From Patescibacteria group bacterium (GTDB lineage: Bacteria > Patescibacteriota > Microgenomatia > UBA1400 > PJMF01), in NCBI GenBank assembly GCA_016861085.1, contig BOKR01000001.1:387271-451270 (forward strand): 64,000 nucleotides of DNA, in the 5' to 3' direction. Under the pieces are notes generated by a model, which worked only from the letters and a program-made list of their open reading frames with translations, was not told the origin of the DNA and ran no database searches. Shown here piece by piece: positions 20,325 to 29,067 of the stretch (its first letter is position 1; each line of letters starts with the position of its first letter). The translations under genes and the position numbers were made by a program.

Positions 20325-21215
20325 TTACATTCCTCTGAGGGCTTTTATTCTTTCTTCAACTGGAGGATGAGTGCTAAATAGACCTGCAAATAGGTGACCT
20401 TTGGTGTTTTTTAAAGGGTTTGCAATATACAGATGTGCTGTGGCATTGTTAGCAGCTTCTAATGGTTCGTGGTCAGCTGCAATTTTTTCTAACGCTTTTG
20501 CTAAACCTTCGGGATTCTTTGTAAAAGAGACAGCACTGGAGTCAGCCAAAAATTCTCTTCTTCTGGAAATGGCTAGCTGAATAATTTTAGCGATGAGTGG
20601 CGAAAGAAGTGCCATGACTATGCCAGCAATTAACAAAATTGCTTGTAATTGGCCCCCCTCCTTATTATCTCTTTTACCTCTAAAACTACTTCTTAAAATA
20701 AAGTCAGATAACAGCGCAATGAGCCCCACTAAAATGGTAACAATGCTCATTAAGCGGATATCATAATTCTGGATGTGAGACAACTCATGAGCTATTACAC
20801 CTTCAAGTTCTGCTCTGTTTAATTTTTGTAGTAACCCAGTTGTGCAGCAAACTACCGCATGTTCAGGATCTCTTCCAGTAGCGAAAGCGTTGGGGGCACT
20901 ATCTTCAATAACATATAGTTTTGGTTTCGGCAGATGTTTTGAAAATGCCAAATTTTCTGCAACCGTATAAAAATCAAAATGTTGTTGTCTGTTTGCTTCG
21001 TGTGCTCCAGAAATTCCTAAAATAATTTTATCTGAGTACCAGTAAGAACTAAAGGAAATAATTCCAGAAATAATCAGTGCGATTCCCACAATACTCAAGT
21101 CATATTGAAACCCCACTGCCATAACATACGCGGCAAATACAATGAATGCCACGAATAATACCATGATTACAGCGGATTTTTGCTTGTTGCTGGCAACAAG
21201 TTCGTAATGTGTCAT
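20325..21215 (-). CDS. htpX: Zinc metalloprotease HtpX (M48)
   Basis: PNAFATG, HELSH, SRRREFLAD, STHPP. Confidence 0.95.
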   Translation of the reverse strand: MTHYELVASNKQKSAVIMVLFVAFIVFAAYVMAVGFQYDLSIVGIALIISGIISFSSYWYSDKIILGISGAHEANRQQHFDFYTVAENLAFSKHLPKPKLYVIEDSAPNAFATGRDPEHAVVCCTTGLLQKLNRAELEGVIAHELSHIQNYDIRLMSIVTILVGLIALLSDFILRSSFRGKRDNKEGGQLQAILLIAGIVMALLSPLIAKIIQLAISRRREFLADSSAVSFTKNPEGLAKALEKIAADHEPLEAANNATAHLYIANPLKNTKGHLFAGLFSTHPPVEERIKALRGM

Positions 21216-21245
21216 ATAGCAGGCGCTAGTATAGTCGCCGACTTC

Positions 21246-21839
21246 CTAAAGATCAACTTTAACGTCTTTCATTTCTGCATTGCTCACCTCAACGTGGCTG
21301 CCGGAAAGTGCAGTTTCTAATCCTTTTTCAGATTTGAAACCAAGCATATTTGCAATTATATTTGATGGGAACATGACCAGTTTTTCATTGTAATTTTGAG
21401 AAAGATCAATCACTGCTCTTCTGGCATACATCAGTTTATCTGCAGTATCAGTAAGCTCATTCATTAACTTGGTAACGGTTGTGTCACTCTTTAATTCTGG
21501 GTTATCTTCAACGGCAATAGTCATTTTTGGAACTAACGATTGTACTTGCTCGATTGCTTTTTCAATATCGTTGACTTTGCCAGATTCTTGAGCATTTGCA
21601 ACTGATTTTCTAGCATCAGTTAACATTTTGAAAATACCGGTTTCTTGTTTCATCATGCCTTTGACAGATGCTTCAAGATTAGGAATTAAAGAGGCTTGGC
21701 GCTTTAGTTGGTTACCAATTTCTTGGATACTTGCTGCAATTTGAGTTTTAAGTCTTTGCAGAGTGTTATAGATGGAAATGACGTAGCCAGCAATTAAGAC
21801 GCCTGCAATAATTAAAATAAGAACAAGATTCATTGACAT
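21246..21839 (-). CDS. lemA: LemA family protein
   Basis: N-terminal TM, YN.L, LKRQ..LIPNL, PELKS, YN..FPSN; upstream of htpX. Confidence 0.92.
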   Translation of the reverse strand: MSMNLVLILIIAGVLIAGYVISIYNTLQRLKTQIAASIQEIGNQLKRQASLIPNLEASVKGMMKQETGIFKMLTDARKSVANAQESGKVNDIEKAIEQVQSLVPKMTIAVEDNPELKSDTTVTKLMNELTDTADKLMYARRAVIDLSQNYNEKLVMFPSNIIANMLGFKSEKGLETALSGSHVEVSNAEMKDVKVDL

Positions 21840-21941
21840 ATGTGTCTCCTTTGTATTTTGTATACTATACTACATTACCATTGGCAAAACTAGGTCTAGT
21901 AGTGGTATAATTCCATTTGTTCTTTAGAATAGTATTGCGAT

Positions 21942-22014
21942 GGGCTCGTGGTGTAGCGGTTAACATGCTTCCCTGTCACGGAAGAGATCGTCGGTTCGAA
22001 TCCGATCGGGCTCG
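21942..22014 (+). tRNA. tRNA-Asp(GTC)
   Basis: GGGCTCG..TAGCGGTTAAC..CTTCC-CT-GTC-AC-GGAAG..GGTTCGAATCC..CGGGCTCG. Confidence 0.95.
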
Positions 22015-22032
22015 CAAGAAACCAAACGATTT

Positions 22033-22860
22033 TTACACCTTCAATCTGGAATAAAATAATTTTAATTTTCTGTGCAGCTGACTTGGAATCCTCATTTGGG
22101 TGACTTCGTATCCTGCCTTGTCCATCATTTTTTGTTTGGCATATTGATCGTGAACTTTTCCCAGCTGTGTGCTTAAATCCCCAAGGTAGTGAAATGTTTG
22201 TATTAGAGATCGATTACTAGGATTTTGCATGGCTGCAACTTGGTATAAATTTTTCAAGTGACGTAAATCTTTTCTGAGATCATGGTATATAGGTACGAGC
22301 ATGTTTGGGCTTTGAATTTGTGCAAGAGATCGTGATTTTATGATATTTATTCTACTTGCACAAACATTTGTAGAAGTGGGAGTAAATGAAAAGGCATTCA
22401 AATCTGAAGACTCAATAAGACTCAAAACTTTCTGGGCATATTTATTTCCTTGTTTAGTGTCGTATGCGTCATTTGTCTTTCCAAGCTGACTCAAGAACGT
22501 ATTGAACGTCTCAGGTGCGCCATCCTCACTGTAGCAATCTAAGGCACTTTTCAAAAGTAACCCTGCTTTTCTTAATTCTTTTAAATATTTTCGAAGCTCA
22601 AAGTTTTGTTTTCTTTCATTCGCAGAAAGTTCTATATATGTTTTAAGTGATTGTGTTAATTGGGTGTTATCAAAGAGAGCTGACCAAAGAGTGGCAGCTG
22701 ATTCTATAGTTTTTTTTACGTCCTCGGGTGATTTGGCAAGTTCAGGAATCACCCTGGGTAACCTAAGTACACGAAAGATTGATTGTTGTAATTTAATGGC
22801 TTCAAATTTTTGGATAATTCCCGTTTGGCCGATTGCTTCTGTTTTAACAGCTCTTCTCAT
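22033..22860 (-). CDS. CHAD-domain-like protein
   Basis: Helical and basic; HDLRKDLRHL ... LGKVHD plus a first-half pseudo-repeat ELRKAG ... LGKTND. Confidence 0.65.
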   Translation of the reverse strand: MRRAVKTEAIGQTGIIQKFEAIKLQQSIFRVLRLPRVIPELAKSPEDVKKTIESAATLWSALFDNTQLTQSLKTYIELSANERKQNFELRKYLKELRKAGLLLKSALDCYSEDGAPETFNTFLSQLGKTNDAYDTKQGNKYAQKVLSLIESSDLNAFSFTPTSTNVCASRINIIKSRSLAQIQSPNMLVPIYHDLRKDLRHLKNLYQVAAMQNPSNRSLIQTFHYLGDLSTQLGKVHDQYAKQKMMDKAGYEVTQMRIPSQLHRKLKLFYSRLKV

Positions 22861-22882
22861 ATTTTGGGATTGTAACATTAAA

Positions 22883-23662
22883 TTAATCGGATAAGAGCAC
22901 TAAATCTACTGGTTGATTCCCATATGCTAAATTTGGAATCGGTGCCGAGGAGTAAAAGCCAAGTTTAAATATTTCACAAATGGCTTGATTAAAATCAGAT
23001 CCGAGTTCCATAAATTCATCTGCTGTTAGAGGTCTTTTTTTCTTTCTTTTAAGTTCGGTTTCTTTTTGGCGGAGTACTTGATGCTCTTTTGCTATTACTT
23101 GCTGAAAATTATGCTCAATAAATGCAGCTGCAGTTTTGGTTGTTTTAAGAATTAAAAAAATTCTTCCTTTTGTACTCATTACTAGAAACTGCATATACGG
23201 ATTTGCAATGAAGAATTCAAAATCGGTACTACTAAAAAAAGAAATATAATCGGCAGTAATTCCTTTATCTGGGTGGTTATGTACGACAAAAGATGGTTCC
23301 AAATCTTTTCCTTTTGGAAAATTTGGGGTTACGCTGTTTTCAGTTCCCCAGGTAAAGTTAGCTGTATGGAATTTTTTTTGCTTTTTATCATAAGAGACTG
23401 CTGCAGCGCCCTCTCTCTTTCCTTTTGTTTGATGTGCAAGGATCTTTGCTGCATGTTTGATACCATGTAGTCTGATTTTTTTAGGTAGTCTAGTAATATC
23501 CAAAAATCGTGTCAGCTCATGGCAGAGTCCAAGTGCTTCCAAGAATTTTTCTTCCGGCATTGTAATACCTGCATAAGCATTTAGCAGCTTGTTAAGTTGC
23601 TCTTTTAGTGCAAAATTTTGTTCTGCTGAAGCTTGATCGGCTCGAGTCAATGTTCGTATCAT
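22883..23662 (-). CDS. Hypothetical protein with JAB/MPN-like motif
   Basis: E(KREG)...HNHP...FSSTD matches JAMM E-HxH-SxxD spacing. Confidence 0.55.
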   Translation of the reverse strand: MIRTLTRADQASAEQNFALKEQLNKLLNAYAGITMPEEKFLEALGLCHELTRFLDITRLPKKIRLHGIKHAAKILAHQTKGKREGAAAVSYDKKQKKFHTANFTWGTENSVTPNFPKGKDLEPSFVVHNHPDKGITADYISFFSSTDFEFFIANPYMQFLVMSTKGRIFLILKTTKTAAAFIEHNFQQVIAKEHQVLRQKETELKRKKKRPLTADEFMELGSDFNQAICEIFKLGFYSSAPIPNLAYGNQPVDLVLLSD

Positions 23663-23724
23663 ATTAATTTTGTGTGTGGGTTAATCGTAACACTTTTATA
23701 TGATAAAATCAGTCAGTTCGATTC

Positions 23725-23797
23725 GCCGAAGTAGCTCAGTTGGTAGAGCACTGGTATCGTAAACCATAGGTCGTGGGTTCGACTCCCACCTTCGGCT
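23725..23797 (+). tRNA. tRNA-Thr(CGT)
   Basis: GCCGAAG TAGCTCAGTTGGTAGAGC..AT-CGT-AA..GGTTCGACTCC..CTTCGGCT. Confidence 0.93.
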
Positions 23798-23814
23798 CAC
23801 TAAATTTTGTCATG

Positions 23815-23845
23815 AAAAAAGGCCGCTTGAATAAGCGGCCTTTTT
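23815..23845. terminator. Bidirectional intrinsic terminator
   Basis: AAAAAAGGCCGCTT-gaat-AAGCGGCCTTTTT between tRNA-Thr and the convergent island. Confidence 0.85.
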
Positions 23846-23950
23846 GTTTAAGTTGTGAATACGGAATTTAGAAAGTGATTTGTGCGCTCGCTGCGAGTAA
23901 AAGTATCAGCGCAATGAGCACAATACCAGCGAGGATCAAGAGTTTCTTTT

Positions 23951-25129
23951 TCATGGTGTGTTTTCCCATGTTGGCACCCAATCCATGCCGATTTCATCTC
24001 GGTAGAATGGGTACAGATTGTGAAAGAATTTATCCATGTCGTTGGATTCGATGACGCGTTTTGGAGCGACACTTCCCAGTTCACTCAGGTAATACCAAAC
24101 GTCAGGTTCAAATGGCCATTCGAGGATGACTTCAAATGAACCGATCCCTGTATAGCCGCTTTTTTTTGCTTCTGCAACGGCTAATGCATAAAGGTTATCG
24201 TATGGCCAGGGATTATTGGCATCTGGTGAAGGGTTATTGAAGTGCCACTCAATTAAGGTCTTGAGGGCGTCCAGGTTGCGAGTAGACCGGGTGCCATCCG
24301 GTTCTAAGGGTGCTATCAGTTCTAGCGTGGCCAGCTCGTTAGCCAGGTTGTCGGCCTGGTCAATGTTGGTTCTGAAGTATTCGGCTTCTTGGGGATCACC
24401 GCCGAACAGTGCAAGATGCAGGCGTTTCGCAAGATCTACCCATTCCATGATGACCCCATTGGGATCATCGAAGGTTTTCTTGACTTCATTCCCCGGTTGA
24501 ACCGAATGAGTTAATAACCCAAAACGGACATGAAGCTCGATGTCCACGGTTTGGGTGTGTGTAATGATCTTATTTTCTGGGTCAATTGCCTGGAAGTCAA
24601 GCGGGTTCAGGGTGAAGTTTTGCAGATCGCTCTGCGGAACTCCGCCCCAAAGCTCTCCGAGTTTCGCGTAACCAACACAATACCGGGTTTTGGGAATCAA
24701 TGTGACACTTCCATTACGAACCTGCTCTACGAGAGGGCTGAAATCATTGTGCTCAGGATAGTGTGCTTGGATGCAGTACAAGCCTAAAGCACCTGTTTCA
24801 ACAAGACTCGAAACACGCAGGTCCATCCCCATGGACCCATACACACCCATTAATGCTTGGCGTAACATTTCGGTATCACCTAGGTGATACACATCTTGCC
24901 ACGGTATTTCAGTGACAAGGGTTTGTTCACCAGCAGGACCAGGGGTTGGAGTTAAATCAGCAATCGCGGTTGCGGCTTCTTCAGCCGCCGATGAGGTTGG
25001 GATGTCCGCTTTATCAGGTGACTTATCATTGGCTTGGTCGTCTGACCACATGCTAAACGCAATGAAAGCCAGAATTGCAAGAATGATTGCCTGAATAATT
25101 GGACTTCCACTCTGTTGATTCTTTTTCAT
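23951..25129 (-). CDS. Membrane-anchored hypothetical protein (island gene 3)
   Basis: N-terminal TM, Ala/Pro/Thr linker, acidic globular domain; AGGT upstream of ATG. Confidence 0.8.
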   Translation of the reverse strand: MKKNQQSGSPIIQAIILAILAFIAFSMWSDDQANDKSPDKADIPTSSAAEEAATAIADLTPTPGPAGEQTLVTEIPWQDVYHLGDTEMLRQALMGVYGSMGMDLRVSSLVETGALGLYCIQAHYPEHNDFSPLVEQVRNGSVTLIPKTRYCVGYAKLGELWGGVPQSDLQNFTLNPLDFQAIDPENKIITHTQTVDIELHVRFGLLTHSVQPGNEVKKTFDDPNGVIMEWVDLAKRLHLALFGGDPQEAEYFRTNIDQADNLANELATLELIAPLEPDGTRSTRNLDALKTLIEWHFNNPSPDANNPWPYDNLYALAVAEAKKSGYTGIGSFEVILEWPFEPDVWYYLSELGSVAPKRVIESNDMDKFFHNLYPFYRDEIGMDWVPTWENTP

Positions 25130-25153
25130 TTTTTTTACCTATAAAAAAAGTAG

Positions 25154-25187
25154 ATCAGCGCCGCACGAATATTCGTGCAGCGCTGAT
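25154..25187 (-). terminator. Intra-operon hairpin, terminator-like
   Basis: Minus strand ATCAGCGCTGCACGAAT/ATTCGTGCGGCGCTGAT near-perfect palindrome followed by CTAC-T7. Confidence 0.55.
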
Positions 25188-25216
25188 AATTGAAGTTTAA
25201 AATTTTATAAGGGACT

Positions 25217-26821
25217 TTATGGTGCCTGAATCGGTCCAAAACATACCCCCGAGTTTTGATACTCGGCGTAGGATTTTCCTTCCCACAGGTAAGTCGCGCT
25301 ACATTTGCCAACCCAGAATTCACCACCGAGATCTAACACTGCCGCAACGTCTTGGAGATTTACATAGTCTGTATGTCCCTGATCGCAACTACCAATGGCA
25401 ATGGTGACCCAGGTGCCGTTCCAGTCACCGCAGCCGAAACCAGACACAAAAAGGTTGGGGTTCCAGACAAGTGTTACGTAGTCTGAGAAGCTCCCATATG
25501 ACCCAATCGGTGTTGGAGTGGGCAATGGCGGAGGAGTCGGAGTTGGAGTTCCTACCGGATACGTGACCCGGCAGGGGAACATCCATAGCCCGTCTTTGTA
25601 GCACTCGTTTCCATTAGAAATGCCATCCCCGGTTCCGAACATAGGCACGGTGCGGACCTGGCTAATGGTCCAGCTCGCAGTGACGCCACCTTCAAGAACC
25701 AATGTGTCCGGAAGATCAAGAATCTGCAGGACGCAGGTTATATATTTAAAGGCGTCAGGGCCATTTCCACCAAGCCGATTAGAGTAACCACGCAATCCAC
25801 CTTCTTCGAACCTGAATTCGATATACTCAACCCCTTTGTCCCAGATGGGCAAGGAATCCAGGCTGAATAGCGATGTAGCTGGTTGAAACGACAAGCACAT
25901 GGCTTGCCAACTCTCAACAACTTTCGTTGCCACTACAGGATTCTTTGCTTCGGTCGGCACTACCGGTGCGTTTGGCATCGGTGTGGCGGGCACCATAGTA
26001 GGAATGTCCGCGATTTGGGGTGTCGGTTGAGGAGTTTCTGTTGGCGCAGGGCTTGGAGTAGGCGTGCGAGTTTGAGGAGCGGGAGTAGGAATAACACTCC
26101 AGTTGGTGTTTCCAGGTTGATTCTTGTTCGGGAATGGCGTTGGGGTTACCAATGTGCCATATCCAGGGAGTTCAATCCATCCCACTTCAGGCATGTTTTT
26201 CGAAACTTTGATGTCTTGGAGATTCTCCTTGATAAGAGTCAACAGTCCTGGCCAGTTTGGATAGGCTACGGTCTCTGTAAGCCAATCGAGCCCAGAGATT
26301 TTTCGCTCCGGTTTGTCTTCAGTAGCCTCGATAGTGCCTTCCAACTTTAGGAATTTTTGGTACTGGACAATGTTGAAACAATACCTCGAAGATTGTTGTT
26401 GCAGCTTCGGGTATGGTTCCAACATAACGCCAAGGGCATCAAATTCGATGCGGCCAATTCCTTCAGGACATTCAAAACCCGCGCCATCATTTTTCGATTC
26501 GTCATTGTCGGCTTGGTCTTCAACACCAAAGAAACTGGTAATTTTGTTCCACTCATATTGTCCCCTTGGGGTTTGGAAGAAACCCATAACCAACATTAAC
26601 AAAACCAGAACAACAATAGTCCAAGCCAAAGTTTTAGCATTAGGATCGGTTTTGATAAAGTTCCCAAGATCCTTTGCTTCCGATTTTAGTTCTTGACCAC
26701 TCCGTCTCCGGGCGTTTACCCGGCGAGTGCCAGCAGGGATACTGCTGGGCGTCATGTTTCTTTCTCCGCCCCCTTTTGATTCAGTTGTGTTTGGCAGAGT
26801 TGTTTTCATTTGATTCACCAT
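25217..26821 (-). CDS. Membrane-anchored Pro/Thr-linker protein (island gene 2)
   Basis: Basic cytoplasmic N-terminus, one TM, two PTP-rich linkers separating Cys-containing domains. Confidence 0.8.
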   Translation of the reverse strand: MVNQMKTTLPNTTESKGGGERNMTPSSIPAGTRRVNARRRSGQELKSEAKDLGNFIKTDPNAKTLAWTIVVLVLLMLVMGFFQTPRGQYEWNKITSFFGVEDQADNDESKNDGAGFECPEGIGRIEFDALGVMLEPYPKLQQQSSRYCFNIVQYQKFLKLEGTIEATEDKPERKISGLDWLTETVAYPNWPGLLTLIKENLQDIKVSKNMPEVGWIELPGYGTLVTPTPFPNKNQPGNTNWSVIPTPAPQTRTPTPSPAPTETPQPTPQIADIPTMVPATPMPNAPVVPTEAKNPVVATKVVESWQAMCLSFQPATSLFSLDSLPIWDKGVEYIEFRFEEGGLRGYSNRLGGNGPDAFKYITCVLQILDLPDTLVLEGGVTASWTISQVRTVPMFGTGDGISNGNECYKDGLWMFPCRVTYPVGTPTPTPPPLPTPTPIGSYGSFSDYVTLVWNPNLFVSGFGCGDWNGTWVTIAIGSCDQGHTDYVNLQDVAAVLDLGGEFWVGKCSATYLWEGKSYAEYQNSGVCFGPIQAP

Positions 26822-26824
26822 TTT

Positions 26825-28597
26825 TTATTTGGAGCCGAATTGTTCTTGAAACATCAACCAGCTTTCCATCAACGCTCTGGATATAAAATATCCAGCGTCT
26901 CCCATCCCTCGGTAGTTGTTCCACATTAAATTGTTGAACAACCCCTTGTACTGACACTTGTTGATGTCAGGAGGATCACATGGGCTGCCGGCATACCTAT
27001 GTGCATAGGTTGCTTGATCGGTGTTATGACTCATCACACCTTGACTAACCGCCCAGTTTGAATGGGCAAGCATTGCGTCAAGATAGATTTGCATATCACC
27101 GCCAGGAAATGCACTGAAGGTATTAAAGAACCACTGTTTTTCTTGCAGTGGTCCCATTGCTAGTGCCGAGCTGGTTGTAAATGGTCCATTACCGTTTCCA
27201 GTCTCCTGGAGTTTTTGAGTGAGGTTGTCCCATATGGGAGCTCCCCCAAGCTGATGAACGGTTAAGGCCGCCAATACCGCCTCATACGGCGGGGATGCAG
27301 TATAAGTATAATTAGCCTTCTTTCCACATGCTTCTTTGGAGATGCCCAATGTTTTGCAGTCGTGCCAGTACCAAAGGGTTTCGTATTGAAGGTTACCTTG
27401 CTGCAGCCACTCGAACCAAGCTTGTGTGCCTGGATCAAGTCCAGCCAAAAGGGCTGGTCTCGTTTGGAAATTTAACACCTGAGGAGTGTATGAGAGTTGA
27501 ATCACCTCAGATGGGATTATGGAGGAGTAGCCATAGGCATTTGCCATTGGCTCAGGAGGTCTTGGGAAGATTATTTCTACTTCCTCTTCTGGTTTTGGTG
27601 GGCTTTCGAATGGCTCATTTTCGGTGACATAAGTAGTTGTATTTGAGTCAGGCTCACTGGCTTTCACCGGTGATCTTGACCAAACGTAAGCTACTATGAC
27701 ACCAGTTAGCAAAACCGCCCACATCGGCCACCAGGATCGTGTTCCCTTGTTTCCCCACAATAGAATTAGAAGTGCTCCTACTAAGAAAAACCACCCATTT
27801 TTAGTTTCTACGAGTTTTGCTCGTAGAGGATGGTCCGCTTGGATATAGGTTTTTTCCCAGTACTCTGTGACTGCTTCTTGCAGTGGAACGTCATTGTTGG
27901 GATTGGAGTCTTGGGTTTCTTCAGTATTCTCAATTTCGGCTATACCGGAACGATCCAAGGTGTCCCACGCTACCTCACCAGGAGGTTGTGGGTTTGGTGA
28001 ACCGTCATCACGGAGGTACTCTGGGATGGTGTCGATACTAACTTGTCCTAGTACATCACCAGGGAAGTCAGTATAGGTAACTGTACCATAGTACACTGTT
28101 CCTGGTTCAACAAATTTTCCGGTTAACTTATCATAGAGTGTTAGATGGGTGTGTTCGCCGAAAGAGTTCCCAAGATTCGCTTCCGTTCCAACTCTCTGTC
28201 CAGCTTGGACGTATTGTCCCACCGACACATTATAGACACCATGAAGGTATATAACCTTCCACCGGCTATTTTCAATTATGAGATACGGATTTCCGTATCC
28301 TTCAGTTGAATTACCGGTGATGGTGCCATTTATGCTTGAGAACAATGGCCCTCCATTGATACTGCTGTTGTAGTCGTAGGCGCACCACGATGGGTTTCCA
28401 GCCCACCCCCAACCGTCTTTATGACAGTAGTACGGCTCTGCAGCCGTACCATAGTTAAACACAAAGAAGTTTGGGTACGGTGGAACAAACACATTATCTT
28501 CATCAGAAGTTTGACGCGGCGAAGCCGCTGTGACTGCTAGCGCCAGGAGTATGAAACCTAACGCCCAAAGCAAACGATATTTTGAGAATTGACGCAT
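26825..28597 (-). CDS. M23 peptidase-like + two TM + lytic-transglycosylase-like fusion (island gene 1)
   Basis: Signal peptide; H...AYD, YGN, YLH, VGQYVQAGQRVG, GEHTH (M23); TM hairpin; QET.N...SSALAMGPLQ (SLT-like); AGGTG before ATG 28597. Confidence 0.75.
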   Translation of the reverse strand: MRQFSKYRLLWALGFILLALAVTAASPRQTSDEDNVFVPPYPNFFVFNYGTAAEPYYCHKDGWGWAGNPSWCAYDYNSSINGGPLFSSINGTITGNSTEGYGNPYLIIENSRWKVIYLHGVYNVSVGQYVQAGQRVGTEANLGNSFGEHTHLTLYDKLTGKFVEPGTVYYGTVTYTDFPGDVLGQVSIDTIPEYLRDDGSPNPQPPGEVAWDTLDRSGIAEIENTEETQDSNPNNDVPLQEAVTEYWEKTYIQADHPLRAKLVETKNGWFFLVGALLILLWGNKGTRSWWPMWAVLLTGVIVAYVWSRSPVKASEPDSNTTTYVTENEPFESPPKPEEEVEIIFPRPPEPMANAYGYSSIIPSEVIQLSYTPQVLNFQTRPALLAGLDPGTQAWFEWLQQGNLQYETLWYWHDCKTLGISKEACGKKANYTYTASPPYEAVLAALTVHQLGGAPIWDNLTQKLQETGNGNGPFTTSSALAMGPLQEKQWFFNTFSAFPGGDMQIYLDAMLAHSNWAVSQGVMSHNTDQATYAHRYAGSPCDPPDINKCQYKGLFNNLMWNNYRGMGDAGYFISRALMESWLMFQEQFGSK

Positions 28598-28599
28598 GG

Positions 28600-28934
28600 T
28601 ATTCACCTGGCGTTTTTTGTGTTACTCCAAAGTACGTTATGGAGTTTGTTCCCTTATATATCACTGCAAAAAGGGAGCCAGATAAAGGCACCAACCGTTG
28701 TACATTTTTTCCAACTATTGCTACCCATGTTTGGCCCACTTGAAGCAGTGATACTTTTTTCCGTATTCACTTGTTAAAGTACATTTTTTGTATGCAAAAA
28801 CCGCCCAGCGAACTGGACGTATGCAACAAAAAATTTGACTGGCTTACTTATTTCTTTTCAGCCGGTATGTTCAAAGAAAATCGGTAACCAAGTATTCTCT
28901 TGCAATAAGAGATACTTAGCCCATATCTTTGACA
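28600..28934 (-). ncRNA. Putative structured 5' leader / ncRNA of the island operon
   Basis: Five successive hairpins including a UUCG-capped stem, downstream of a promoter; two boxA-like motifs. Confidence 0.55.
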
Positions 28935-28940
28935 AAGTGG

Positions 28941-28969
28941 ATTATACTATGGGACTATTATCTTGGCAA
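28941..28969 (-). promoter_or_regulatory. Sigma70-type promoter for the island
   Basis: Minus strand TTGCCA-17 nt-TATAAT. Confidence 0.7.
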
Positions 28970-29067
28970 GAATCATTGAAAAACATACAAACAACATCAT
29001 CAGTATAATTTCAATGTTATAAAAACTTGCATCAAGTTTCCGGGGTACTGTATACTATTGAATATAT

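Noticed and set aside
23848-24084. 78-aa ORF with CAHC overlapping the end of island gene 3
   Set aside because: More than half overlaps gene 3 in another frame and it has no clear start signal
25500-26150. DNA tandem repeats in island gene 2
   Set aside because: Explained by Pro/Thr linker codons; not a regular array
28600-28934. RNase P RNA, tmRNA or SRP RNA
   Set aside because: Lacks GAGGAAAGUCC, tRNA-like ends with a tag ORF, and the SRP GGAA helix 8 motif
23725-29067. Island as an integrative element with att sites at tRNA-Thr
   Set aside because: No duplicate of the tRNA 3' end at the far boundary and no integrase, so it was not called a mobile element
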